The translations under genes and the position numbers were made by a program. The notes beneath the pieces were generated by a model that was given only the letters and a program-made list of their open reading frames with translations, did not search any database and was not told the DNA's origin. A DNA stretch of 64,000 bases from Alphaproteobacteria bacterium (lineage in GTDB: Bacteria > Pseudomonadota > Alphaproteobacteria > SP197): assembly GCA_965228895.1 (NCBI GenBank), contig OZ245842.1, positions 3,520,001-3,584,000 of the forward strand, read 5' to 3'. Positions within the stretch are counted from its first letter, which is position 1, and each line of letters opens with the position of its first letter. This document shows positions 8,561 to 16,818 of this stretch, in pieces.

Positions 8561-8730
8561 CCCTGGCCATCTTGACGCCGAAGCGTACCCAATCTCTAAC
8601 CAATAATGCGTTGCCCAGCTGATCAGACAGTTGCAACCAACCGGTCAACTCCCGGACAACCTGAGATGGCTCACGGGGTAGTCCCGAGATGCCACTTAGG
8701 GTCGTCGTGAGGAGATCCCTATTGCCAGGG
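8561..8730 (-). ncRNA. RT-associated structured RNA (retron msr/msd-like)
   Basis: Terminal inverted repeats CCCTGGCaAT (8730-8721) / ATgGCCAGGG (8570-8561) enclosing hairpins at 8697-8721, 8667-8694, 8610-8637 and a C(UUCG)G tetraloop hairpin at 8575-8586; starts just after a predicted -10 box. Confidence 0.7.
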
Positions 8731-8736
8731 CACCGA

Positions 8737-8766
8737 ATAATATCGTGATTGCAATCCCTTTTTCAA
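8737..8766 (-). promoter_or_regulatory. Sigma70-like promoter of the ncRNA-peptide-RT cassette
   Basis: TTGAAA (8766-8761), 18 nt spacer, TATTAT (8742-8737); predicted transcription start about 8730-8731. Confidence 0.6.
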
Positions 8767-8913
8767 CCCAAGGTGTAAGATCCGCAGTGTTCGATCAAGC
8801 AGGTGAAGTCGGTCAACATCGCCACCTTGGCCGTTTAATGGATGTCGCAGTTGACATCTAAAGCTATCCTGCATGGAGCAGTACAAGTTTGCTGCTGCAG
8901 GGGGAGAAGGACC

Positions 8914-10578
8914 ATGAAGGACGGCTATTACGATCTGGGCGACCACAGCTTCGCCATCACCACGGGTTCGGCCGAGGCGCAGACCTGGTTCGATCGCGGA
9001 CTCATGTGGTGTTACGGCTTCAACCACGGCGAAGCCGTCGCGTGTTTCCAGAAGGCGCTCGCCGCCGATCCCGATTGCGCGATGGCCCACTGGGGCGTCG
9101 CCTATGCGCTCGGCCCCAACTACAACAAGGCGTGGGAAGCCTTCGACGATGTCGAACTGCAGTCCGCCCTGGCCGATGCCTATGACGCGACGCTGAAGGC
9201 GACGGCGCTGGCCGACAAGGTGACCGATGTCGAGGCCGCGCTGATCCGCGCGCTCCCCTCACGTTATCCGACGGCGACACCATGCGACGACACCGCGCCG
9301 TGGATCGAGGAGTTCGCCAACCGCATGTATGACGTCTGGCGCAGCTTTCCGAGCGATCCGGATGTCGCGACACTCGCCGCCGATGCGCTCATGAACCGCA
9401 CGCCCTGGGCGTTGTGGGATCTGAAGACCGGCGAGATTGCCGAGGGCGCGCGAACCGCCGACTGCGCAGAGATCCTGGAACTCGCCATGGAGCGCATCGA
9501 AAGCGAAGAGCTGCCGCGCCATGCCGGTCTGCTGCACATGTACATTCATCTGATGGAAATGTCGCCGCACCCACAGAAGGCGCAGGTCGCCGCCGACCGC
9601 CTGCGCAATCTGGTGCCCGACTCCGGTCACCTGCAGCACATGGCGACCCATATCGACGTCTTGTGCGGCCACTATCAGACGGTCGTTGATTCCAACCAGG
9701 ATGCGATCGATGCGGACACGAAGTTCCTGGAACGCGAAGGCGCCTTCAACTTCTATTCGAACTACCGCGTCCACGATTACCATTTCAAGATCTACGGCGC
9801 GATGTTCCTCGGTCAGTCGAAGGTCGCGCTGGAGACAGCCGACCAGATGGTCGCGACTTTGCCGGAGGATGTCTTGCGCGTTGAATCGCCGCCCATGGCC
9901 GACTGGCTCGAAGGGTTCGTGCCGATGAAACAGCACGTCCTCATCCGCTTCGGCCTGTGGGACGACATCATCGCCCAGGAGCTGCCGGCCAACAAGGACC
10001 TCTACTGTGTCACCACCGCGTTGATCCATTACGCCAAGGCGGTCGCGCACGCCGCCTCCGGCGACGTGCCGTCAGCGGAAGGCGAAGCCGCGCTGTTCGA
10101 TGCAGCGGTCACGCGCGTGCCCGACACCCGCTATGTCTTCAACAATTCCTGCCTCGACATCCTGGCGGTCGCGCGTGAGATGATGCTGGGCGAGATCGAA
10201 TACCGGCGCGGCAATCACGACGCCGCTTTCGCGCACTTGCGCAACTCCGTCGAGCTCGACGACAACCTGCCCTATGACGAACCGTGGGGCTGGATGCAGC
10301 CGACCCGTCACGCGCTTGCCGCGCTCTTGATGGAGCAGGATCGCATCGACGAGGCAGCTCAGGTCTACCGCGCCGATCTCGGGCTTGACGATACCCTGAG
10401 CCGCGCCTGCCAGCACCCGGACAACGTTTGGAGCCTGCACGGCTATCACGAGTGCCTGCGCCGGCTGGGCCGCGACGAAGAAGCCGACATCATCAAACAA
10501 CGCCTGGACCTCGCCGTCGCGCGCGCCGACGTGCCGATCAAGAGCTCCTGCTTCTGCCGGCTGAAACACGCGGCCTAG
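8914..10578 (+). CDS. Conserved TPR-containing protein of unknown function
   Basis: AQTWFDRGLMWCYGFNHGEA...ADPDCAMAHWGVAYALGPNYN, YDEPWGWMQP.RHAL and terminal SSCFCR; GGAG before ATG 8914. Confidence 0.8.
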   Translation: MKDGYYDLGDHSFAITTGSAEAQTWFDRGLMWCYGFNHGEAVACFQKALAADPDCAMAHWGVAYALGPNYNKAWEAFDDVELQSALADAYDATLKATALADKVTDVEAALIRALPSRYPTATPCDDTAPWIEEFANRMYDVWRSFPSDPDVATLAADALMNRTPWALWDLKTGEIAEGARTADCAEILELAMERIESEELPRHAGLLHMYIHLMEMSPHPQKAQVAADRLRNLVPDSGHLQHMATHIDVLCGHYQTVVDSNQDAIDADTKFLEREGAFNFYSNYRVHDYHFKIYGAMFLGQSKVALETADQMVATLPEDVLRVESPPMADWLEGFVPMKQHVLIRFGLWDDIIAQELPANKDLYCVTTALIHYAKAVAHAASGDVPSAEGEAALFDAAVTRVPDTRYVFNNSCLDILAVAREMMLGEIEYRRGNHDAAFAHLRNSVELDDNLPYDEPWGWMQPTRHALAALLMEQDRIDEAAQVYRADLGLDDTLSRACQHPDNVWSLHGYHECLRRLGRDEEADIIKQRLDLAVARADVPIKSSCFCRLKHAA

Positions 10579-10670
10579 AGCGGATAGTGGTTAGGTGGAG
10601 CCGGTGGCGGTTTCACCTAACCACGTGAATCCGCTCTAATTTTATGAGTAGAGCAGATTCACCTGCTCCA
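10576..10670. repeat. Alphaproteobacterial palindromic intergenic repeat (CIR/RIME/BRU-RS-like)
   Basis: TAGAGCGGAT...GTGGTTAGGTG...CACCTAACCAC...ATCCGCTCTA long inverted repeat (10576-10638) followed by a partial second TAGAGCAG..CTGCTC unit; supplies the TAG stop of the upstream gene. Confidence 0.7.
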
Positions 10671-10853
10671 GCGGGAAACAGACCAACGCTGACCGTGGCG
10701 CAAGATCGATGAAGTGTGTCGGCGCTCACTGTCGAATACAATTATATGTTGCAGTCTCTCCGTCGAATGAAACGCGCGTTGGCGTGATGACAGCCACATC
10801 TCGGCTTGCCAAGGCTGTTTGTGTTGCGCGGATCCATGACGATAGAGGCGTCA

Positions 10854-11309
10854 ATGAAACGAGTGCTGGTCGGGTTGCTGTGCACCACATTGTCCGTTCC
10901 CGCTCATGCCGAACTGGTCGACTTGAGGACATGGGCGAGTGCTTCCGAGGCTCAGGGCAGCAATGAATACCTTGCCGTTCGCTGCGCGGGTCTATCGCAA
11001 AGTCTTTTGTCGTACTTGGATAGCGAGGGATCCGACGCCGCGTTGGCGCAGGGCCTGCGACAGGGAAGCGACCTGTTCGCCAGCATGGCCGTTCTCATGC
11101 GCACGGCCGCAGACAATCCGGCGTCAGAAACCGCTGCCAGCGCGGATGTCAGGATGCATGTTGACTACGTTGCCATGCTGTACGTCCGAAGAATGGACGA
11201 GAACCTTGCAAAGGCTGAGACAGCGTTCGACAACGACGACCTGATTCTGTTCGACTTTGAGCTCTGCGGGACGGTGCTGCAGCAATTCAACGCCATGCAA
11301 CAGCCGTAA
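10854..11309 (+). CDS. Hypothetical secreted protein
   Basis: Signal peptide MKRVLVGLLCTTLSVPAHA; GAGG SD; two Cys in the mature part. Confidence 0.65.
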   Translation: MKRVLVGLLCTTLSVPAHAELVDLRTWASASEAQGSNEYLAVRCAGLSQSLLSYLDSEGSDAALAQGLRQGSDLFASMAVLMRTAADNPASETAASADVRMHVDYVAMLYVRRMDENLAKAETAFDNDDLILFDFELCGTVLQQFNAMQQP

Positions 11310-11415
11310 CCACAGCCAAAACCGAACACGTTTCTTTGTCGATCACGTCGACCAACACGTTGCGATCGAAAGCTCCTTGTTCTGCCCGCTCAAACGCGCG
11401 GCCTAAGAAACAGAG

Positions 11416-11787
11416 TCAGCGCGAGCGTGAACCGGCCCGGGCAAGGGACCTCTTCTTGCCGGGGCTCTGCTCGATGTCGGTCTTCATGCGACCCAAGAGA
11501 TCCACGGCCTCGGACGCATAAGAGCCGATCCAGCGGTCGTGGATGTGTTTGATCGGCAGCGCGTTCAGATAGTTCCAGCGCTGCCGGCCGACGCGCCTTG
11601 CGATAACGAGATCGGCGTCTTCAAGAACGCCCAGATGCTGCATCACCGTGCAACGGTCCAACGCGTCAAACCGTTGGCATAGCTCGCCCGTCGTTTGTGG
11701 GTCGTCGCGCAGCGCGTCGAGCAGGTCCCGCCGAAGCGGCGAGGCCAGCGCCTTGAAGATCTTGTCGTCATCGGTGCTCGTTGACAT
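11416..11787 (-). CDS. ArsR/SmtB-family regulator
   Basis: IFKALASPLRRDLLDAL...TTGELC...TVMQHLGVLEDADLV.ARRVGRQRWNYLN. Confidence 0.9.
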   Translation of the reverse strand: MSTSTDDDKIFKALASPLRRDLLDALRDDPQTTGELCQRFDALDRCTVMQHLGVLEDADLVIARRVGRQRWNYLNALPIKHIHDRWIGSYASEAVDLLGRMKTDIEQSPGKKRSLARAGSRSR

Positions 11788-11805
11788 GTTATACTTTTAT
11801 AACAT
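11786..11805. promoter_or_regulatory. ArsR operator palindrome between the divergent arsR-like and SRPBCC genes
   Basis: ATGTTATA-cttt-TATAACAT perfect inverted repeat overlapping the regulator start codon. Confidence 0.7.
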
Positions 11806-11833
11806 AATGATCTCGTACGCAAGGAGTCACGCC

Positions 11834-12295
11834 ATGGAGCTCAAGTTCGAGATAAGCGGGCGAATCAACAAACCCGTCGAGGAGGTCTTCGAGGCCGTTG
11901 TGAATCCAACCGAACTCTCCGGCTACTTCACGACCGGCGGTGCCGAGGGACGGCTCGAAACCGGCGCCACAGCCTCGTGGAAGTTCCACGACTTTCCCAA
12001 CACGATCCCGGTGACCGTCATCGAGGTCGAACAGAACCGCCGCATCGTCCTGCGGTGGGAAGCCGACGAGACAACCGGCGAACCCGACGGACCCTACGAC
12101 ACCAGCGTCACCTTGCGCTTCGAAGCGCTCGACGGCGGGCGCACGCTCGTGTCAATCGCCGAGGAAGGTTGGCGCCACAACCAGACGGGGCTCAAATCCT
12201 CCTACTCCCACTGCAGCGGCTGGATGCAGATGCTGTGCTCTTTGAAGGGCTACCTTGAACACGGCATCAATCTGCGCGAGGGCATGTTCCGGTAA
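11834..12295 (+). CDS. SRPBCC/AHSA1-domain protein
   Basis: INKPVEEVFEAVVNP..LSGYF, IVLRWE, GRTLVSIAEEGW, GW.QML..LK.YLE; AAGGAG SD. Confidence 0.88.
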   Translation: MELKFEISGRINKPVEEVFEAVVNPTELSGYFTTGGAEGRLETGATASWKFHDFPNTIPVTVIEVEQNRRIVLRWEADETTGEPDGPYDTSVTLRFEALDGGRTLVSIAEEGWRHNQTGLKSSYSHCSGWMQMLCSLKGYLEHGINLREGMFR

Positions 12296-12427
12296 GCGCC
12301 CTGCCCTCCATCACATCGCTACGACCGCGCCCAGACAGTCTGGAAGTTACCCTGCGACTGCCATAGATTGTGCCGCGTTCGATCCGACCGGCCGCGCCGC
12401 ATCACATAGCTGACAGGGAGAAGACAG

Positions 12428-13276
12428 ATGATCACAGGAAGCTGTCTGTGCGGCGCCGTGCGCTGGCAGGTCGACGGCGATCTCGGCACCATGAGCCATT
12501 GTCACTGCTCCATGTGCCGCAAGGCGCACGGCGCGCCCTTCGGTACCTATGTCAGCGCGGCATCCGACAACTTCCGCTGGCTCGGCGGCGAGGAGACCAT
12601 CTCGACCTATGAGTCCTCGCCCGGTTTCGTGCGTGCGTTCTGCGGGCAATGCGGCTCCGTCGTGCCGGACCCGGCGGACGATGACGGTCATGTCTTCATC
12701 CCCGCCGGCGGTCTGGACAGCGATCCCGGCGTCAGGCCGGAATCGCACATCTTCGCCGCGACAAAGGCGCCATGGCACATCATCGGTGATGATCTGCCGC
12801 GCCACGACGCCTACCCCGGCCCGGACGACGGACCGAACATCGACCGTCCGGCGCAAGGCACGGTGCAGGGCGGTGTCTTGCACGGCAGCTGTCTGTGCGG
12901 CGATATCGCGTACGAGGTGACGACGCCGATCAAGACCGTCCACAATTGCCATTGCACGCGCTGTCAGAAGGCGCGCGCCGCCGCCCACACGACCAACGGC
13001 TTCACGTCACCCGACGGCGTCACCTTCGTGCGCGGCGAGGACAAGCTCGTGATCTACAAGCTGCCGGAGGCCAAAGCATTCGCCCAGGCCTTCTGCTCAC
13101 GCTGCGGCTCTCCAATGCCGCGCGTCAACAAGGAAGCCGGTTACGCGGCGATCCCGTTCGGTTCGCTGGATGACGATCCCGGCCGCGGCGCCGACGACCA
13201 CATCTACACAAGCTCGAAGGCCGTCTGGTACGACATCGAAGACGACCTGCCGCAATACGCCGCATTGCCGGATTAG
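12428..13276 (+). CDS. Tandem double GFA/CENP-V domain protein, copy 1
   Basis: Two GSCLCG...CHCxxCxK...FCxxCGS zinc-binding modules. Confidence 0.9.
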   Translation: MITGSCLCGAVRWQVDGDLGTMSHCHCSMCRKAHGAPFGTYVSAASDNFRWLGGEETISTYESSPGFVRAFCGQCGSVVPDPADDDGHVFIPAGGLDSDPGVRPESHIFAATKAPWHIIGDDLPRHDAYPGPDDGPNIDRPAQGTVQGGVLHGSCLCGDIAYEVTTPIKTVHNCHCTRCQKARAAAHTTNGFTSPDGVTFVRGEDKLVIYKLPEAKAFAQAFCSRCGSPMPRVNKEAGYAAIPFGSLDDDPGRGADDHIYTSSKAVWYDIEDDLPQYAALPD

Positions 13277-13308
13277 CCTGGCCACAGCAGCGCCAAGGCC
13301 GGTTCTTC

Positions 13309-14040
13309 ATGACGGCACTCTTCACCAGCGATCTCTTGTGGGCGGTTCCCGTCGTCCTCGTCGCCGGAATGATGCGCGGGTTCTCCGGGTTCGGCGGCGT
13401 CATGATCATGGCGCCCGGCCTGGGTGCCATCTATGGCCCGACGGTGGCGGTGCCGGTGTGTTTGATGCTGGACCTCATCGTTTCCATTCCCTTCGTCCCG
13501 ACCGCCTCGCGCACCGCCCACTGGCGATCAATCCTGGTGCTGGCGGGGATCGCGGCGCTGGCGGTTCCGTTTGGCGCCATGTTCCTGTTGATGACCGATG
13601 CCGATGTGTTGCGTTGGGCGATCTCCATCGCCGTTCTTGTCTTCGTCACGATCGCGGCGTTTGGCTGGCACTATGAAGGTCCGCCCAATCGGATTGCCAT
13701 GATCACCGCCGGCGCGACGAGCGGCCTCTTTACCGGCGCTTCCGGCATGGCCGGCCCGCCGATCGTCTTCTACTTCCTCTCGGTGTTCCGCGATGCGCGG
13801 ATCGTGCGTGCCAGCCTGATCATGTATTTCGTGCTGATCGAAGTCATCGCGCTGGCGATCCTCGGCGTCTCCGGCGCCGTCTCATGGACCACCCTTGAGC
13901 TGGGCGTCGTGCTGGCACCGGTCATCCTGGTCAGCGCATGGGTGGGCGCCAAGATGTTCCCCCATGTCAGTCACGACAACTACCGCCTGGTAGCGCTGAT
14001 GGTCATCGCCGTGATCGCCGTGGGCAGTCTCGCGATCTAA
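13309..14040 (+). CDS. Sulfite exporter TauE/SafE family membrane protein
   Basis: AGMMRGFSGFGG and SGLFTGASGMAGPP repeated motifs; about 8 TM segments. Confidence 0.85.
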   Translation: MTALFTSDLLWAVPVVLVAGMMRGFSGFGGVMIMAPGLGAIYGPTVAVPVCLMLDLIVSIPFVPTASRTAHWRSILVLAGIAALAVPFGAMFLLMTDADVLRWAISIAVLVFVTIAAFGWHYEGPPNRIAMITAGATSGLFTGASGMAGPPIVFYFLSVFRDARIVRASLIMYFVLIEVIALAILGVSGAVSWTTLELGVVLAPVILVSAWVGAKMFPHVSHDNYRLVALMVIAVIAVGSLAI

Positions 14041-14143
14041 TCGGCCGCACACCGCCCTTTAAGCCTTCGCACGGTTCGCCTAAAGTCCGCCCGGACCGGC
14101 CGGCCGCGCAACGACGACGATCTGGCAATCACGGGAGACGATC

Positions 14144-14989
14144 ATGCTTACCGGAACCTGTCTGTGTGGCGCCGTTCGCTGGCAAATTGACGGTGGGGTG
14201 AGCCGGATGACCCATTGTCACTGTTCCATGTGCCGCAAGGTCCACGGCGCGCCGTTCGGAACCTATACCGAGGTGGAGGCCAAGAACTTTCACTGGCTTT
14301 CCGGCGAGGACGCGATCGCCACATACGAATCATCGCCTGGTGTCGTCCGCGCCTTTTGCAGCCGCTGCGGATCGGTGGCGCCCGAACCACACGAAGACAA
14401 CACATTCTCCATTCCGGTCGGTGCGCTAAACGAGGATCCGGGTATCAAGGCCAGCGCCCACATCTTCGTCTCCAAGAAAGCGCCCTGGCACATCATTGCC
14501 GATGATCTGGAACAGCACGACGGTTACCCCAATCCCGACGACGGCCCCAACATCGATCGCCCGGCGCAAGAAAAGGCAACCGGCGGGGTGCTGCACGGCA
14601 GTTGTCTGTGCGGCGACATTGCCTATGAGGTGACGACGCCGATCAGTGCCATCTACAACTGTCACTGCACCCGTTGTCAGAAAGCGCGCGCCGCTGCCCA
14701 TACGACCAATGGCTTTACGTCTGCGGACGGCGTTAGCTTCGTGCGCGGTGAAGACAAGCTGGTGACGTTCAAGCTGCCGGACGCGAAGCACTTTACCCAG
14801 GTGTTCTGTTCGCATTGCGGCTCGCCGATGCCGCGCGTCAACAGGGAACGCAACGTCGCCGTCATCCCATTCGGATCGCTCGACGACGATCCCGGGCGCG
14901 GCGCCGATCAGCATATCTTCACCGGTTCGAAGGCGCCCTGGTACGACATCGAAGACGACCTGCCGCAATCCGTCGCGATGCCGGACTAG
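14144..14989 (+). CDS. Tandem double GFA/CENP-V domain protein, copy 2
   Basis: Same architecture and long identical peptide stretches shared with 12428..13276. Confidence 0.9.
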   Translation: MLTGTCLCGAVRWQIDGGVSRMTHCHCSMCRKVHGAPFGTYTEVEAKNFHWLSGEDAIATYESSPGVVRAFCSRCGSVAPEPHEDNTFSIPVGALNEDPGIKASAHIFVSKKAPWHIIADDLEQHDGYPNPDDGPNIDRPAQEKATGGVLHGSCLCGDIAYEVTTPISAIYNCHCTRCQKARAAAHTTNGFTSADGVSFVRGEDKLVTFKLPDAKHFTQVFCSHCGSPMPRVNRERNVAVIPFGSLDDDPGRGADQHIFTGSKAPWYDIEDDLPQSVAMPD

Positions 14990-15100
14990 GACGTCAAACA
15001 GTGCATCGTGCGCGTTCACCGAAACGTGCGCGCCCGTGTCTTGGTAACGTGATGGGTCGGAACAACCTCTGAGGAAACAGGAACACTCAGGAGGGTTTCG

Positions 15101-15460
15101 ATGAAAATACGCTCCATCATGATCGCCCTTGTTGGCGCTTTCGCGATGTTCCACGTCGCGGCCGCCGAGGCCCAGCAGAACAACCGGTCGTTCTCGTTCA
15201 ACGGTTCGGGCGGCGGTTCCGGCATGAGCTTCGGCGCGCGCCAGGCCATCGTGAACCAGCAGATCTTCGGCATCACGCCGAACCAACTCGTCACCGGTCC
15301 CGGCGGCGTCTTGCTCAACGTCCAGCGCGGTCCCGGCAGCTCAGCCATCGTCTCGACGCTTGGAGGCGTCGTGATTCCCAGCTTCCGCGGCGGTTTCCGC
15401 GGTTCCGGCGGCTCGATCAACACGTGGACGACCCAGTTGAACAGTCTCAACCGGTTCTGA
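15101..15460 (+). CDS. Small secreted Gly/Ser/Asn-rich hypothetical protein
   Basis: Signal peptide ending AEA; AGGAGG SD; low-complexity mature region. Confidence 0.7.
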   Translation: MKIRSIMIALVGAFAMFHVAAAEAQQNNRSFSFNGSGGGSGMSFGARQAIVNQQIFGITPNQLVTGPGGVLLNVQRGPGSSAIVSTLGGVVIPSFRGGFRGSGGSINTWTTQLNSLNRF

Positions 15461-15516
15461 TCTGGCCTTAAGAGCACCGACCGCGGCCGACCCACGCCAC
15501 CGCTCGCCGGCCTTTA

Positions 15517-15580
15517 CGATCCCCTATTGACCTTCGGTCATTAATGATTAAATTAATGACTCTCGGTCAATAGGGGATCG
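15517..15580. promoter_or_regulatory. 64-bp inverted repeat containing two TGAC-N5-GTCA-type operators, promoter and SD of the P450 gene
   Basis: Arms CGATCCCCTATTGACCttcgGTCATTAAT and ATTAATGACtctcGGTCAATAGGGGATCG (25 of 29 positions pair) around a 6-nt spacer. Confidence 0.7.
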
Positions 15581-15582
15581 AC

Positions 15583-16818
15583 ATGCTCGACAAGCTCAAA
15601 CTGAAGATCCAATCGGGTTTTGCCGCGCGCGGTGACGGTGCGGGTCTGTTCGCGGCCGACCGCGCCGACGAAGCCATTGCCCTTTATGACGAGATCCGAC
15701 GCGTCGATCCGGTGTTTCGCCTCGACGACACGACCTGGCTTTTGACCCGCTACGACGACGCCAAGGCGGTGCTGCGTGACACCCGCTTCAGCTCGTCCGA
15801 CGAGTGGGAAGCGGACGTGCCGGCCTACGACAGCGATTCGTTCGGCTTGACCAAGTCCATCCTGTGGCTCGACCCGCCCGAGCACACGCGCCTGCGCGGT
15901 CTGGTCCAGCAGGCGTTTTTGCCGCGACGTATCAAGCAACTTGAAAGCGCCATCGAAAACGCCGTGGATGACCTACTCGACACTGCGGCGCCGCGCGGCC
16001 ACATGGACATCATCGCCGACCTCGCCCGTCCCCTGCCGGTCTGGGCGATCTGCACGATGCTGGACGTGCCGGAAGACGACCGTGATGAGGTCCAGGAACT
16101 TGCCCAGGACTCCTCTCTGTTCCTGGACTACGACTTTATTGACGAGGAAGCGCGAGAGCGTGCGTTGCTGGCTTCGCTTGCGCTGCGCGTGTATTTCGAC
16201 GACCTGATCGACAAGCGCCGCGATAATCTGGGCGACGACATCCTGAGCGGCCTGATCACCGCCGAGGTCGATGGCCAGAATCTGACCAAGGACGAGATCG
16301 TCACCATGGCGGACCTGCTGTTCGTTGCCGGCCACGAGACGACCGTCAATCTGATCGGCAACGGCACGCGCGCCATGTTCGACCATCCGGGCACGCTGGA
16401 GCGATTGGCGGCTGAGCCGGACCTGATCCCCTCGGCGGTCGAGGAGTGCCTGCGGTACACGCCGTCGGTGACACTGAACGGCCGCGTCGCCTCGCAACGC
16501 CTGACGATCGCCGACAAGACGATCGAAAAAGGCGCCCACGTCATGATCCCGACCGACGCGGTGAACCGGGATCCCGCGCGGTTTCCCGATCCCCACCGCT
16601 TCGACATCGCGCGTGCCGACAACGCCCACCTCACCTTCTCCATCGGGCCGCATGTATGCCTGGGTGCATCACTGGCGCGGCTCGAGGCGAAGGTTGCCTG
16701 GCGCACGCTTTTGGCGCGCGTCAGGGATATCCAGGCGACGGCGCCGTCACCGTGGCGCGAGCACATCACGTTGCGCGGCCTTGAGTCCCTCAACGTGTCG
16801 TTTGCGGAGGCGGCGTGA
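15583..16818 (+). CDS. Cytochrome P450
   Basis: DPPEHTRLR, AGHETT (I-helix), EECLR (ExxR), FSIGPHVCLG heme ligand. Confidence 0.95.
   Translation: MLDKLKLKIQSGFAARGDGAGLFAADRADEAIALYDEIRRVDPVFRLDDTTWLLTRYDDAKAVLRDTRFSSSDEWEADVPAYDSDSFGLTKSILWLDPPEHTRLRGLVQQAFLPRRIKQLESAIENAVDDLLDTAAPRGHMDIIADLARPLPVWAICTMLDVPEDDRDEVQELAQDSSLFLDYDFIDEEARERALLASLALRVYFDDLIDKRRDNLGDDILSGLITAEVDGQNLTKDEIVTMADLLFVAGHETTVNLIGNGTRAMFDHPGTLERLAAEPDLIPSAVEECLRYTPSVTLNGRVASQRLTIADKTIEKGAHVMIPTDAVNRDPARFPDPHRFDIARADNAHLTFSIGPHVCLGASLARLEAKVAWRTLLARVRDIQATAPSPWREHITLRGLESLNVSFAEAA

Noticed and set aside
8719-9090. 123-aa minus-strand ORF upstream of the RT cassette as an effector
   Set aside because: Largely antisense to the TPR gene, runs across the predicted promoter, and has no recognisable features.
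12428-14989. Duplicated GFA genes as a DGR template/variable repeat pair for the nearby RT
   Set aside because: Similarity spans whole genes and differences are not restricted to adenines; this is ordinary paralogy.
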